Both the position numbers and the translations under genes were made by a program. Below the pieces are notes generated by a model that worked only from the letters and a program-made list of their open reading frames with translations, did no database searches and was not told the origin of the DNA. This document shows, piece after piece, positions 63,862 through 64,000 of a stretch of 64,000 nucleotides of DNA. The DNA is taken from the NCBI GenBank assembly GCA_030599585.1, contig JAUVNS010000010.1:128001-192000 (forward strand). Direction: 5' to 3'. Each line of letters starts with the position of its first letter. The stretch's first letter is position 1. The stretch comes from Promethearchaeota archaeon (GTDB taxonomy: Archaea; Asgardarchaeota; Lokiarchaeia; Sigyniarchaeales; SOKP01).

Positions 63862-63999
63862 TTATTTTTTAGAATTTGTTTTAGGTTTATAAGGTCGATA
63901 TGTATCTTCAAGTACATTTAGATACTCGATTAATACTCCATCGGATTTTGATTTTACATCATATTGGTGGAGGATAATATTTAAAATATATCTGGGGTA
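63862..63999 (-). CDS. 3' end of an unidentified CDS running off the window
   Basis: 45 open codons (YPRYILNII...TNSKK*) followed by A/T tracts. Confidence 0.45.
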   Translation of the reverse strand, partial: YPRYILNIILHQYDVKSKSDGVLIEYLNVLEDTYRPYKPKTNSKK

Positions 64000-64000
64000 C

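Overview
AT-rich archaeal DNA, most likely from an Asgard archaeon of the Lokiarchaeia type. This is inferred from TFB, a proteasome beta subunit, geranylgeranyl reductases, gelsolin-, longin- and roadblock-domain proteins, small GTPases, and an INO1 plus ITPK1-like cluster. The first ~23 kb is a chemosensory locus. A 14-gene co-oriented minus-strand run (16464->1570) interleaves core che genes (cheW, cheY, cheA, cheW-cheC-cheC fusion, cheR, cheB, cheD, cheC) with eukaryotic-signature or unknown genes: a longin-like protein, a cytoplasmic Ig-like repeat protein, a gelsolin-domain/coiled-coil protein, a roadblock-Rab-like GTPase with a natural Q61L-type change, and an RHH-DHp-REC regulator. A divergent unit carries an atypical TFB, a second receiver protein and a CheR-coiled-coil-pseudoCheD fusion. 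One short, HAMP-less chemoreceptor follows, then tRNA-Gly(CCC). No cheF or archaellum gene is recognisable in the window. The main hypothesis (inference) is a chemosensory system whose output goes to actin or small-GTPase machinery rather than an archaellum. The rest of the window holds a PAS histidine kinase, an INO1 gene with four ITPK1-like ATP-grasp genes, housekeeping genes, a sulfatase/glycosidase cluster, two GGR paralogs, a serine-pathway cluster and a longin-GTPase. All calls are motif recognition by eye; no database searches were run.
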